From Rhodobacterales bacterium (GTDB taxonomy: Bacteria; Pseudomonadota; Alphaproteobacteria; Rhodobacterales; Rhodobacteraceae), in the NCBI GenBank assembly GCA_031425325.1, contig JANPJD010000064.1, positions 15,940 to 79,939 on the forward strand: a stretch of 64,000 bases of DNA. The letters run 5' to 3'. This document shows, one piece after another, positions 31,361 through 41,320 of the stretch. Positions within the stretch are counted from its first letter, which is position 1; the number at the start of each line of letters is the position of its first letter. A program made the translations under genes and the position numbers. A model generated the notes under the pieces. The model was not told the DNA's origin. It saw only the letters and a list, made by a program, of their open reading frames with translations, and searched no databases.

Positions 31361-32167
31361 ATGTCGCTTTCAATCTCTGGCAAGACCGCAATCGTGACGG
31401 GATCGGCGAACGGCATCGGCCTTGCTATCGCACGTCATTTCCTGGACCGGGGGGCGAACGTGATGTTCGCCGACATGGACGAGGACCGCCTCGACGCCGA
31501 GGTCGGCGCAGAAGCCAAGGCCGAAGGGCCTGTCCGCATGTTCGCCGGTGACCTGCGCGAGAAGCTGACCATCGCCAACCTTCTTTCCGCGACGATGGAT
31601 GCCTTCGACCGGGTCGATATCCTTGTGAATGCCAGCCGCCAGATGGTCATGTCCGATCCGCTTTGCGTCGGCGACGATGCGGTGGAACAGCTTTTGCAGC
31701 AGAACCTCATCACCAGCCTGCGGCTGTCGCAGATGACCGCAAAACGGATGATCGCCCTGGCCGAAGCGACCGGGGCGGAGGGGCCGATCGGCTCGATCGT
31801 CAACCTCTCCTCGATCGCAGCGACCCGCACCCAGCCAGAGCTGATGGGCTATTCGATCGCGAGCGCCGCCCTCGATCAGATGACGCGGTCGCTTGCGGTC
31901 GTGCTTGCCCCCAAGGGCATCCGCGTAAATGCCGTGGCCTTCGGATCGGTGATGAGCGCCAGCCTGCACGGCAGGCTGATCGAGCATCCCGAGTACCGCG
32001 AGACGATCGAGGGCGCGACCCCGATGGGCCGCATCGCCGCCGCGTCGGAGCTTGCCGAGACGGTCCAGTTCCTTGCCTCGGACGCGGCGGCCTTCATGAC
32101 CGGGCAGATCGTCACGGTCGACGGCGGGCGCAGTCTGCTCGACGTCGTGCGGGCCCCGGCCCACTGA
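31361..32167 (+). CDS. SDR-family oxidoreductase
   Basis: GKTAIVTGSANGIGLAIA (TGxxxGxG), NASR, and S...Y..SAAAL-type catalytic region. Confidence 0.9.
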   Translation: MSLSISGKTAIVTGSANGIGLAIARHFLDRGANVMFADMDEDRLDAEVGAEAKAEGPVRMFAGDLREKLTIANLLSATMDAFDRVDILVNASRQMVMSDPLCVGDDAVEQLLQQNLITSLRLSQMTAKRMIALAEATGAEGPIGSIVNLSSIAATRTQPELMGYSIASAALDQMTRSLAVVLAPKGIRVNAVAFGSVMSASLHGRLIEHPEYRETIEGATPMGRIAAASELAETVQFLASDAAAFMTGQIVTVDGGRSLLDVVRAPAH

Positions 32168-32578
32168 TCATTCGGGGTGCAAGGCCCGGCACTGATCGAC
32201 GGCGGGGGCGGCCTGACGGTTCAGGCTGCGCTGCTGGTCCCGCAACTGGTCCAGCTTGCGCCGCTCGGCGGCAAGGTCGATGGCGACGGGGCGGGTCACC
32301 GTCTCGGGCCGGTCGTCGAGGCACATGCGCCCCGAGTCGCGCACGACCCGCTGACCGCTTTCGGTCGTGACAACGATGCTGTCGCGACAGGGGACCCAGA
32401 CGGTCCGGTAGACGATCTGATCCTCAAGCCCGTAGCCGCGCGCGAGGTTCGCCTCGGTCTCGGCGATCAGCCCGGTTACGACACGCAGGTCGCGGGTGAC
32501 GCCGTTGATGCATCGTTGCTGGGGCGTGGCGCAGCCGGCCAGGATGAGAAGGGCGATAAGCGGAGCACGGACGGTCAT
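32168..32578 (-). CDS. Hypothetical lipoprotein
   Basis: MTVRAPLIALLILAGC lipobox, four further Cys, 136 aa, good third-position G+C. Confidence 0.55.
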   Translation of the reverse strand: MTVRAPLIALLILAGCATPQQRCINGVTRDLRVVTGLIAETEANLARGYGLEDQIVYRTVWVPCRDSIVVTTESGQRVVRDSGRMCLDDRPETVTRPVAIDLAAERRKLDQLRDQQRSLNRQAAPAVDQCRALHPE

Positions 32579-32658
32579 GGTCGGCCTCGGATCTGGGCGG
32601 CGCTGGACGTATCCGCCATCCGAATGATAGCACGTCCCAAACCGCAGGAGAGTTCCCG

Positions 32659-33528
32659 ATGACCGACGATTTTGGCGCGCGCAAGGGCCGCGCCTCGCAA
32701 TGGTTCCGCAGCCTTCGGGACGAAATCGTCGCCGCGTTCGAGACGCTCGAGGATCGGGCGGCAGGGGACGCCCCCGCCCGCGCCGGACGGTTCGAGGTGA
32801 CCGAGACGACGCGGGGCGAGGGCGGCGGTGGCCTGATGAGTGTGCTGCGGGGCGGCCTCGTGTTCGAGAAGGTCGGCGTCAATGTCAGCGAGGTCCACGG
32901 CACCCTCGGCGCGCGGGCGCAACAGGCGATGGCCGCACGGGGCGTTCCGAGCATGGACAGCGATCCGCGATTCTGGGCCAGCGGGATCAGCCTTGTCGCC
33001 CACATGCAGAACCCGCAGGCACCCGCGGTTCACATGAATACCCGGATGTTCTGGACGCCACATGCCTGGTGGTTCGGCGGCGGGTCAGATCTGAACCCCT
33101 GCATCGAGCACCCCGAGGACACCGCGCATTTCCATGATATGCTCCGTGCGGCATGCGACGCACATGCGCCCGACTACTACACCCGCTTCAAGGCCTGGGC
33201 TGACGAGTATTTCTTCGTGCCGCACCGGGGGCGGGCTCGCGGTGTCGGCGGCATCTTCTACGATGACCTGAACACCGGCGACTGGGAGGCTGACTTTGCC
33301 TTTACCCAGGATGTCGGACGCGCCTTCCTGCCCGCCTATGTTCCGCTGGTCGAGCGCCGGATGGCCGCCGCCTGGTCCGCAGACGACCGTGAGGTGCAAC
33401 TGGTGCATCGCGGTCTCTATGCGGAATACAACCTCGTCTACGACCGGGGCACGAAGTTCGGGCTCGAGACGGGCCACGACGCGAATGCCGTGCTGATGAG
33501 CCTGCCTCCGATTGCCAAATGGACCTGA
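32659..33528 (+). CDS. hemF: Oxygen-dependent coproporphyrinogen III oxidase
   Basis: FEKVGVNVSEVHG...SLVAHMQNPQAPAVHMNTRMF...WWFGGGSDLNP...RGRARGVGGIFYDDL. Confidence 0.95.
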   Translation: MTDDFGARKGRASQWFRSLRDEIVAAFETLEDRAAGDAPARAGRFEVTETTRGEGGGGLMSVLRGGLVFEKVGVNVSEVHGTLGARAQQAMAARGVPSMDSDPRFWASGISLVAHMQNPQAPAVHMNTRMFWTPHAWWFGGGSDLNPCIEHPEDTAHFHDMLRAACDAHAPDYYTRFKAWADEYFFVPHRGRARGVGGIFYDDLNTGDWEADFAFTQDVGRAFLPAYVPLVERRMAAAWSADDREVQLVHRGLYAEYNLVYDRGTKFGLETGHDANAVLMSLPPIAKWT

Positions 33529-33532
33529 GGGG

Positions 33533-34213
33533 TCACTCCGAGCACACATAGACGACGCCACCGACCGCGAGGACGGTCACGGCGGCGACGCCAAGCTGCG
33601 CCGGAGCCAGCCACGTCGTGACGGCCGAAATGCCGAGCTGGCCCAATGTCGAGGCGACGTCCGTGGCCGTGCCTGACAGAAGGACGGCCCCGTTGCCCTG
33701 CGTCAGCACCGACACGTTTGCGGCGGTGCGCGCCACGCCCTGCGCCGTCCGCGCTGCAAAACGCGAAAGGTCGAGTGCCGCACGGCTTGAGTCCTCGACC
33801 CGCTCGCAAAAGCTCTTCGACGGAGCCCGGCAGATGGCAAAGGCGTTGCGCTCTCCAGGTGCGTAGCCCGAATAGGTCTTCGCCTCGTGGTCGTAGCTCA
33901 GGCAGAAGCTGCCGCGCTCGTCATCGGTCAGCTCCGGTGTCAGGGCGCGCAAGGTGACGAAGCCGGGACAGGTGATCGCCCCCCAGTCGCCGAGCCACGC
34001 CTCGCGTCGGGTCGTGTTCTCGACGACGCGCGGATCGTCTGGGTTGTAGTGCAGCGACATCGGCGTTCCCGCGACGGACGTCATGCACGGCACAAGCTCT
34101 GCGCGGGCGGGCGAGGCCAACGCAAAGCCTGCGAACAGGAAAATCAGAAAAGCACGGACCATGACCGAAGGAACTTCCGATTTAGGGCCCTGTTCCCGCC
34201 GCGGATGCGTCAT
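33533..34213 (-). CDS. Hypothetical exported Cys-rich protein with a C-terminal membrane anchor
   Basis: ATGA overlap with the hemE stop. Signal [21 protein letters not shown], six Cys, and C-terminal [19 protein letters not shown]. No family recognised. Confidence 0.5.
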   Translation of the reverse strand: MTHPRREQGPKSEVPSVMVRAFLIFLFAGFALASPARAELVPCMTSVAGTPMSLHYNPDDPRVVENTTRREAWLGDWGAITCPGFVTLRALTPELTDDERGSFCLSYDHEAKTYSGYAPGERNAFAICRAPSKSFCERVEDSSRAALDLSRFAARTAQGVARTAANVSVLTQGNGAVLLSGTATDVASTLGQLGISAVTTWLAPAQLGVAAVTVLAVGGVVYVCSE

Positions 34214-35241
34214 GCGCCCCGCACGACCTCGATCATCCGCGCCACGTTGGCCGGATCAGCGTCAGGTGTGATGCCGTGGCCGAGGTTGAAGATGTGCGGG
34301 CCGCCCGAGAAAGCGCGGACAACGTGCCGGACCGCCTCGTCAAGCGCAGGTCCGCCCGTTACCATGTGCGAGGGATCCAGGTTGCCCTGAACGCAGCCCG
34401 AAGACTGCACGTTGGCGGCGGCCCATTCGGGCGTGACGGAGTTGTCGAGCGCCACGCAATCCGCCCCGGTGGCCGCGGCAAACCCGACATAGCCTGCCCC
34501 CGCTTCGCGCGGAAACGCGATCACGGGCAGGCCCGGATGGCGGGCCTTCAGCGCTGCGGTGATGCGGCGGGCCGGTTCGACCGCGAAATCCTGAAAGTCG
34601 CGGCCCTTGAGCGAGCCCGCCCAGGAGTCGAACAACTTCACGACCTCGACCCCCGCTTCCACTTGCATGGACAGATACTCGATGGTTCCTTCCGTGATGC
34701 GCTCGATCAACGCTTCAAACGTCGGGCGGTCTGCGGCCTTGAGCGCATGGGCTGGCGCCTGGTCGGGCGTTCCCCGGCCCGCGATCATGTAGGTCGCAAC
34801 CGTCCAGGGCGCGCCCGCAAAGCCGATCAGCGTCGTCTCGGCGGGCAGTTCGCGCGCAAGGATGCGGACCGTCTCGTAGACCGGAGCGAGCGTGTCATGG
34901 ATCGCATCGACGGGCTTGAGAACCTCGACGTCGTGCAGGGTGGCGATCGTCGACAGGCGCGGCCCCTCGCCGGTCGTGAACCACAGATCTGCGCCAAGCG
35001 CCTGCGGCAGCAGCAGGATGTCGGCGAACAGGATCGCCGCGTCGAAGCCAAAGCGACGGATCGGCTGCAATGTCACTTCCGCCGCGAGGTCCGGGTTGTA
35101 GCACAACTTCAGAAAATCGCCCGCCTCGGCCCGCGTCGCGCGATACTCGGGCAGATAGCGCCCGGCCTGCCGCATCATCCAGATCGGCGGCACGGCCAGC
35201 GTTTCGCCGCGCAGCGCGCGCAGAATGGTCTTGTCCGGCAT
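34210..35241 (-). CDS. hemE: Uroporphyrinogen decarboxylase
   Basis: [18 protein letters not shown]...[15 protein letters not shown]...[13 protein letters not shown]...FNLGHGI. Confidence 0.95.
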   Translation of the reverse strand: MPDKTILRALRGETLAVPPIWMMRQAGRYLPEYRATRAEAGDFLKLCYNPDLAAEVTLQPIRRFGFDAAILFADILLLPQALGADLWFTTGEGPRLSTIATLHDVEVLKPVDAIHDTLAPVYETVRILARELPAETTLIGFAGAPWTVATYMIAGRGTPDQAPAHALKAADRPTFEALIERITEGTIEYLSMQVEAGVEVVKLFDSWAGSLKGRDFQDFAVEPARRITAALKARHPGLPVIAFPREAGAGYVGFAAATGADCVALDNSVTPEWAAANVQSSGCVQGNLDPSHMVTGGPALDEAVRHVVRAFSGGPHIFNLGHGITPDADPANVARMIEVVRGA

Positions 35242-35336
35242 GGTCTTCCCTTCGCGTTTTGCGATGCGTCCCCTGCCGCCCCGGCCTTGTCAATACCGAG
35301 TTGTCAGGCTTCGTTGACATGGGTAAGCCTTGCCGC

Positions 35337-36284
35337 ATGAGACATTCCCTGCCCACACCCGCAGCACCGCTCCGCATCGGAACCCGGGGCTCGCCGCTGG
35401 CACTCTGGCAGGCGCATGAGGTGCGACGCTCGCTGGCTGGGGCTTTCGACCTGCCCGAGGCCGCCTTCGAGATCGTCGTGATCAAGGTCATGGGAGATCA
35501 GATCCAGGACCGCGCCTTGAAGGAGATCGGCGGGAAGGGCCTCTTCACCCGCGAGATCGAGGAGGCTCTGCTCGACGGCGGCATCGACATCGCCGTCCAT
35601 TCCATGAAGGACATGCCGACCTTGCAGCCCGAAGGGCTAATCCTCGACTGCTACCTTCCGCGCGAAGATGTGCGTGATGCGTTCGTGTCTCCAACCGTGG
35701 CGCGTCTTGGCGACCTGCCGGTAGGGGCTGTCGTCGGGTCGTCGTCGTTGCGCCGGCGCGCCCAGCTTGCGCTGAAGCGGCCGGACCTGCGGCTGGTCGA
35801 GTTCCGGGGCAATGTGCAGACCCGGATGAAGAAGCTTGAGGACGGGGTGGCGAGCGCCACCTTCCTTGCGATGGCGGGGCTGAACCGCCTCGGGCTCGCG
35901 CATATGGCGCGCTCGGCGATCGAGGTGGACGTGATGCTGCCGGCTGTCGCCCAGGGCGCCATCGGCGTCGAGCGGCGGTTGGCCGACGACCGAACGGCCG
36001 GGATGCTGGCCGCCATCCACCATGGTCCGACCGGCCTGCGCCTGGCCGCCGAGCGCGCCTTCCTGCGCGTGCTCGACGGCTCTTGCGAGACGCCCATTGC
36101 CGGGCTCGCCGTCCTTAAGGGCGACAGGCTGCATCTACGGGGCGAGATCCTGCGGCCTGACGGCAGCGAAGCGTTTGACAGCAATGTCTCCGGCCTTGCG
36201 TCGGACGCCGTCGCGCTTGGCGAAAGCCTTGCGCGGGAACTGCTGGACCGCGCGCCATCCGGTTTCTTCGACTGGAAGGGCTGA
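35337..36284 (+). CDS. hemC: Hydroxymethylbilane synthase (porphobilinogen deaminase)
   Basis: LRIGTRGSPLALWQA...GGKGLFTREIEEALLDGGIDIAVHSMKDMPT...RGNVQTR...DGSCETPIAG. Confidence 0.95.
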   Translation: MRHSLPTPAAPLRIGTRGSPLALWQAHEVRRSLAGAFDLPEAAFEIVVIKVMGDQIQDRALKEIGGKGLFTREIEEALLDGGIDIAVHSMKDMPTLQPEGLILDCYLPREDVRDAFVSPTVARLGDLPVGAVVGSSSLRRRAQLALKRPDLRLVEFRGNVQTRMKKLEDGVASATFLAMAGLNRLGLAHMARSAIEVDVMLPAVAQGAIGVERRLADDRTAGMLAAIHHGPTGLRLAAERAFLRVLDGSCETPIAGLAVLKGDRLHLRGEILRPDGSEAFDSNVSGLASDAVALGESLARELLDRAPSGFFDWKG

Positions 36285-36306
36285 AAGCCCGGCCGGGCGG
36301 TCCCGC

Positions 36307-36633
36307 TCAGCCCTTGCCGGACAGGCGGTCGAGGGCCTGAGTCCGGCCGAGAGCGATCCGCGCGGCGTCGCGCGCGTCCATCCATGTGGCCGTCTGGCGG
36401 GCCAGGGTCATGTTGATCTCGCTGCGCCGCGCATCCGCCCAGCGGCCGTAGCGCAGGGCGACCTCGGCCTCGGCGGCAAGCGGCAGGTCGGTCGCGGCCG
36501 AGGGCCGATCGAGGTCGGCGAGCCGGTCGAGCGACTCCTGCCTGGCCCGGCACGCTGCCCGGAACGCCGCAAGGTCGCGCTCGAGCAGGACGGCCGCGAT
36601 CGCGCGCAAGGGCTGAAGGTCGGGACCGCTCAT
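36307..36633 (-). CDS. Hypothetical 108-aa helical protein, last gene of the flhA-fliR-flhB operon
   Basis: ATGA overlap with the flhB stop. MSGPDLQPLRAIAAVLLERDLAAFRAACRARQESLDRLADL... The longer track ORF 36307..37077 overlaps flhB out of frame and is not credible upstream of 36633. Confidence 0.5.
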   Translation of the reverse strand: MSGPDLQPLRAIAAVLLERDLAAFRAACRARQESLDRLADLDRPSAATDLPLAAEAEVALRYGRWADARRSEINMTLARQTATWMDARDAARIALGRTQALDRLSGKG

Positions 36634-37709
36634 CCACGCGCCCGGGCTTTCTTCCGCATGGCATCCGCGAACCGGATCGAGGCTGCGACGGCGCGGTAGT
36701 GTTCGGGACGGATCTCCTCGCCGATGGCGACCGTTCCGAACAGCGCACGGGCCGAGGGCGGATCGCTGTGGATCGGCACGCCCGCCTGGGCTGCCCGGCT
36801 TCGGATGATCGCGGCCACCTCGTCGACCCCCTTGGCCACACAGACCGGGGCCGAGCCCGCACCCTTGTTCCAGCGCAGGGCGACCGCGTAATGGGTCGGG
36901 TTGACGATCACCACATCGGCGCGCGGCACGTCCAGCAACATGCGGTTGGTGGCGATGGCCTGACCGCGCTGCTGTCGCTGCGCCTTCATGTGCGGATCGC
37001 CCTCGGACTGGCGGAACTCGTCCATCACCTCCTGCCGGGACATGCGGTTGCGGCGGATGAACTGTGCGTGCTGCCACAGGAAGTCGATGCCGCCCAAGGC
37101 GACCGCGATGACGAGCACGATGCCAAGGAAGGCGACGGTCAGGCGAAGCAGGACGACCATCACCAGTCCTGCGCCAAGTTCCAGCGTCGGCAAGATCTCG
37201 GCGAACCTCTGCATCAGGAAAAACCCCAGCACGACCGAGATGATCAGAAGCTTCGCCGTGCTCTTCGCGAATTCGAACAGCCCCTCGCGGCCGAACTTGT
37301 GACCGAAGTTCTGGATCGGCGAGATGCGCGACAGACGCGGCGCCAGCTTGGACGGGGCGATGGCTACGGCGCGCATGGCGATCAACGCCACCACTGCGGC
37401 GACGGCCGGCATGAGGAAAAAGGGCGCGACCGCACCCCCGACCCTCAGAAGGATGCCCATGATGGGGGCCGCCGCCCCCTCGCTCAGCAGCGCCGCCATC
37501 CGGTCGGCCTGTCCAAGGAGGATACCCCCGACTTCGCCGACTGATTGCAGCGCCTGCGGCCCGCTGGTGACGCAGGCCAGGACGAAGCCCGCATAGGCCG
37601 CCGCACCCACAAGATCGGGCGATTGGGGCACCTCGCCGCGCATCCGCGCGTCATCGAGGCGCTTTTGCGAGGGTTCGTGTTCCTTCTCGGTATCGTCATC
37701 CCCGGCCAT
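36630..37709 (-). CDS. flhB: Flagellar type III export protein FlhB
   Basis: EKEHEPSQKRLDDARMRGEVPQS...MSRQEVMDEFRQSEGDPHMKAQ...VVIVNPTHYAVALRW (NPTH autocleavage site). Confidence 0.9.
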   Translation of the reverse strand: MAGDDDTEKEHEPSQKRLDDARMRGEVPQSPDLVGAAAYAGFVLACVTSGPQALQSVGEVGGILLGQADRMAALLSEGAAAPIMGILLRVGGAVAPFFLMPAVAAVVALIAMRAVAIAPSKLAPRLSRISPIQNFGHKFGREGLFEFAKSTAKLLIISVVLGFFLMQRFAEILPTLELGAGLVMVVLLRLTVAFLGIVLVIAVALGGIDFLWQHAQFIRRNRMSRQEVMDEFRQSEGDPHMKAQRQQRGQAIATNRMLLDVPRADVVIVNPTHYAVALRWNKGAGSAPVCVAKGVDEVAAIIRSRAAQAGVPIHSDPPSARALFGTVAIGEEIRPEHYRAVAASIRFADAMRKKARARG

Positions 37710-38488
37710 CAGGGGCCGACCGCCGCGAAGGGCGCGGCCAGATAGGCGTTGAAGGCGCGCAGCCACACCACAAGCAGAAGCGGCGCGATCACAGCGAGCA
37801 GCACAAGCCCCCCGCCAGCAAGTGCGGGCGCCCCGACGAACGACACCATCAGTTGCGGCATCGCCCGGTTGATGACGCCTAGGGCCACGTTGAAGAGGAA
37901 GGCCGCGATCACGAAGGGAGCGGCGAGCGAGAAGGCGAGGGCAAAGGCCTGCCCGATCCGGGCCGTACCCCAGGCCGCGATGTCGGCAGCCCCGGGAAGC
38001 TGACCGGCAGGCAGAAGATCATAGCTGAAGATGAAGTACTTGGCCGCCGTCACATGCAGCCCGCTCGACATGGCAAGCGCGAGGCCAGCAAGCGTCAGGA
38101 CATGCGACACGGCGGGTTGCGGCTCCACCCCGACGCCACCGAACATTTGCGCCAGCGACGTCGCCTGCGCGATCATCGCCCCGGCGATCTGAAGCGCATG
38201 GATGAAAAGGCGCACCCCGAGCCCAAGCGCCAGGCCAATGACCGTCTCGCTGGCGAGAACCGGAAAGAGGCCCGCGGCCATTGCAGGTCCGACCGGCACG
38301 GCAGGTGCCACCACCGCCGTGAAGGCGAGCGCCAGCACGAGGCGGATACGCTGCGGCACCTGCTGTTCGCCGAAGGCGGGCATCAGCGCCATAGCCGCTC
38401 CGACCCTGAGGAAGACGATGAAGCCATGCCAAAGCACCTCCCGACCCAGCCCCGCAAGCTGCGAGAGGGCCTCGATAAGCCCGCTCAT
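37709..38488 (-). CDS. fliR: Flagellar export gate protein FliR
   Basis: FLRVGAAMALMPAFGEQQVPQRIRLVLALAF..., 259 aa polytopic, overlaps the flhA stop and the flhB start. Confidence 0.9.
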   Translation of the reverse strand: MSGLIEALSQLAGLGREVLWHGFIVFLRVGAAMALMPAFGEQQVPQRIRLVLALAFTAVVAPAVPVGPAMAAGLFPVLASETVIGLALGLGVRLFIHALQIAGAMIAQATSLAQMFGGVGVEPQPAVSHVLTLAGLALAMSSGLHVTAAKYFIFSYDLLPAGQLPGAADIAAWGTARIGQAFALAFSLAAPFVIAAFLFNVALGVINRAMPQLMVSFVGAPALAGGGLVLLAVIAPLLLVVWLRAFNAYLAAPFAAVGP

Positions 38489-40557
38489 GGTGCGATCAGC
38501 CCGACCATCGCGGGTCGGGCATCGAGGCCGATTTCCTCATAGGACAGCACCGGCGCGGACAGCCCCTTGGCATCGAGCACCGTCCGCAGGAACCGGCGGC
38601 GCAACGTCGAGGTCACCAGCGCCGGAAAGACCCCCTGTTCGGTCACGCGCCCGATCTTGTCAGCGAGCGCGCTTGCCAGCCGGTTGAACTGATCCGGCGG
38701 CAGGGCCACGTCGCGCAGCCCGCGATCGCCGTCTATCTGGTGTGCAGCGAAGGCACGCTCCCACTCCGGCGCGAGCTGAATCAGCGGGATCGAGCCATCC
38801 GGCCGTTTCAGGGCCGCGACCAGCTGGAAACCAAGCCGCCTGCGGACATGCTCGGTGATCGCTTCGGGAGTGCCGAGGCCGCGCGCCTCGGCGATCGCCT
38901 CGAGGATGAGCGGCAGGTTGCGGATCGAGACGCGCTCGGCCAGCAGCAGGCGCAGGACAGCGATCAGAAGGTCGGTCGGCACCTTCTCGGGCACGAGGTC
39001 GTCGAGCAGACGCCGGTTCGCTTCGGCCCGCCGGGTGTCCGAGACGTTGACGAACTCGTCCAGCAGGCGGCGCAGGCCGCGCAGCGACAAGAGCCGGGCG
39101 AGGTTCGACTTGATCACCTCGAGCAGATGGGTGGCCAGGACCTCCGCCGGCGTGACGACAGTCAGCCCGGCGATCGCTGCAGACTCCTGGTGATCAGCGG
39201 CCACCCAGCGGGCCGGGGCGCCGTAGACGGGCTCGCGCACGTCCTGCCCATCCGGGGCCTCGATCCCTTCGGTCAGCAGGACCAAAACCCGGTCGGGCAC
39301 CAGATGGTCGCGCGCGGCCTCGACCCCCTGCACCCGGATGCGGTAGGTGCCAAGCGGCAGCAACGGATCGTCGGTCAGCCGGATCTCGGGCAGCACAAGA
39401 CCGAAGGTGAGCGCGATGTGCGAGCGCATGTTGGTGATCCGGGCATCGAGACCGGTCGCAGGATCAAGCACCATCGCCACGAGACCTTGCGAGAACTCGA
39501 CATGGATCTCGTCGAAGTCGAGCACATCGCCCAGCAGCTTGCGCGGCGCGGCTTCTTCGGCCCTCGGCGGGGGCTTGCTGTCTTCCGCCAGCCGCCGCTG
39601 CGCGAAATAGGCCATTGCGCCCAGACCCGCCCCGGCGAGCATGAAGGGAACGAACGGCATGCCCGGCACCAGCGCGAACAGGGCCATCAGAAGCGCCACC
39701 GTCCCGAGCGCGCCAGGATAGCGCCCGAGTTGGCGGAAGAAGTCGAGATCCGCCGCGCCCTTATTGCCGCCGCGCGACAGAAGCAGCGCGGTCGCGACCG
39801 AGATGATGACGGCGGGGATCTGGCTCACGAGCCCGTCGCCTACCGTCAGGATCGCATAGGTCTCGAACGCCTCGCCTGCGGCCATCCCGTGAACGAAGAT
39901 GCCCATGATCAGGCCGACGACGATGTTGAGAAGGGTGATGAGCAGTCCCGCGATCGCGTCGCCCTTCACGAACTTCGACGCGCCGTCGAGCGAGCCGAAG
40001 AAGTTTGTCTCGGCGAGTTCGGTCTCGCGCCGCGCCTTCGCCTCGGCGTGGCCGATCGCCCCGGCCGACATGTCGCTGTCGATGGCAAGCTGGCGTCCGG
40101 GCATGCCGTCGAGCGCGAAGCGCGCGCCGACTTCGGCCATCCGGCCCGCGCCTTTCGTGATGACGACAAAGTTCACGATCATCAGCACGCAGAAGATGAC
40201 GATGCCGAGGATCAGGCTGCCCCCCATGATGAAGTTCGCGAACCCCTCGATCACATGACCGGCCGCATCCGTTCCGGTATGTCCCTGCCCGATGATGAGC
40301 TTGGTCGACGAAATGTTGAGGGAAAGCCGCAGCAACAGACTTGCGAGCAGGATCGTTGGAAAGGCCGAGAAATCGAGCGGCCGTTCGATGAAAAGCGCGA
40401 CGGTCAGCATCAGGATCGCAAGCGCGAAGGAGACGGCAAGCCCGAGGTCGAGAAGCCAGGCGGGCACCGGCAGGACCATCATGGCGATCACCGCCATCAG
40501 GGCGAGGGCCAGAAGGATGGTCGGCTGGAATAGCGTCCTGACCGTGAAGTCTGGCAT
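38485..40557 (-). CDS. flhA: Flagellar export gate protein FlhA
   Basis: FPTILLASLLLRLSLNISSTKLII...RFALDGMPGRQLAIDSDM...KFVKGDAIAGL and a C-terminal cytoplasmic domain, about 690 aa. Confidence 0.95.
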   Translation of the reverse strand: MPDFTVRTLFQPTILLALALMAVIAMMVLPVPAWLLDLGLAVSFALAILMLTVALFIERPLDFSAFPTILLASLLLRLSLNISSTKLIIGQGHTGTDAAGHVIEGFANFIMGGSLILGIVIFCVLMIVNFVVITKGAGRMAEVGARFALDGMPGRQLAIDSDMSAGAIGHAEAKARRETELAETNFFGSLDGASKFVKGDAIAGLLITLLNIVVGLIMGIFVHGMAAGEAFETYAILTVGDGLVSQIPAVIISVATALLLSRGGNKGAADLDFFRQLGRYPGALGTVALLMALFALVPGMPFVPFMLAGAGLGAMAYFAQRRLAEDSKPPPRAEEAAPRKLLGDVLDFDEIHVEFSQGLVAMVLDPATGLDARITNMRSHIALTFGLVLPEIRLTDDPLLPLGTYRIRVQGVEAARDHLVPDRVLVLLTEGIEAPDGQDVREPVYGAPARWVAADHQESAAIAGLTVVTPAEVLATHLLEVIKSNLARLLSLRGLRRLLDEFVNVSDTRRAEANRRLLDDLVPEKVPTDLLIAVLRLLLAERVSIRNLPLILEAIAEARGLGTPEAITEHVRRRLGFQLVAALKRPDGSIPLIQLAPEWERAFAAHQIDGDRGLRDVALPPDQFNRLASALADKIGRVTEQGVFPALVTSTLRRRFLRTVLDAKGLSAPVLSYEEIGLDARPAMVGLIAP

Positions 40558-41249
40558 CACGACCCGCCCCCGAACAGGCTTGGCCCGCCTGCCTGCCGCG
40601 GCACCAGAGAGCCCAGAGAGCCCGCGTCGCCCGCCTGGAGAAGCGGAAAGCCGTTCACCCGCAGGAAGGCATCCTCCATGCCCGGCAGCGCGCCCGTCAG
40701 GTCGGCATAGAGCGTCTCGAACCGGGCGCGATAGCGCTGCGCGTGCTCGGGCGTGCGGGAATGGTAGGCGGCGGCGGCATCCGGCCAGGACCCGGTTTCA
40801 TCATTCAGGCGGGCCAGGAAACGGGCGGCATGTAGTGCATTCGTGTCGGGGTCGAACATGGTGGCCAAGTCGGCGAAGGCATCGCCGTGCCAGCGCAGAT
40901 TGATCTGGAAGCATCCGATGTCGATATTGGTTGCCCCGAGCGCCTGACGCTCGGCAACCGCCAGCTGGGCGTCGTGGCTGGTCTCGAACCACTGACCGTC
41001 ACCGCCAAAGTTGGCGGTCCAGGGCCACGGTCGGTATTCGCCATCCTGAGTGCGCCCGGACTCGGCAAGCGCGATCGTCCTCAAGACCGCGATCGGGACG
41101 CCGACCTCGCGCGAGGCGCGCAAGGCTGCCCGCTCGCACAGGTCGGCCTGGTCTCCCAAGGCCGAGGCGAGGCCCGGTGTTCTCAGGATCGCAATTCCCG
41201 CCACCACGGCAAGCGCGAGGATCAGAACGACTTGTCTCAAGGGTTTCAC
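40557..41249 (-). CDS. SLT-domain lytic transglycosylase embedded in the flagellar operon
   Basis: GTG start at 41249. N-terminal anchor/signal VVLILALAVVAGIAIL, catalytic-Glu block VLRTIALAESG, and IDIGCFQINLRWH...AAAAYHS. Confidence 0.75.
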   Translation of the reverse strand: MKPLRQVVLILALAVVAGIAILRTPGLASALGDQADLCERAALRASREVGVPIAVLRTIALAESGRTQDGEYRPWPWTANFGGDGQWFETSHDAQLAVAERQALGATNIDIGCFQINLRWHGDAFADLATMFDPDTNALHAARFLARLNDETGSWPDAAAAYHSRTPEHAQRYRARFETLYADLTGALPGMEDAFLRVNGFPLLQAGDAGSLGSLVPRQAGGPSLFGGGS

Positions 41250-41320
41250 CCACGTCCATCGCGGCGTTCACCGCTGCCCCGGCAAAGCTGCGCGAATAGT
41301 CTTGCGATTCGGTAACCCGA

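Noticed and set aside
35242-35336. FnrL/PrrA-type sites in the hemE/hemC divergent promoter
   Set aside because: I see a TTGTCA-N8-TTGTCA direct repeat. There is no TTGAT-N4-ATCAA palindrome and no clear GCGNC-type PrrA site, so the evidence is too weak to report as a feature.
38740-40533. 597-aa plus-strand ORF
   Set aside because: It lies antisense to flhA. Its composition is Arg/Asp/His/Gly-rich and it shows no membrane or domain features.
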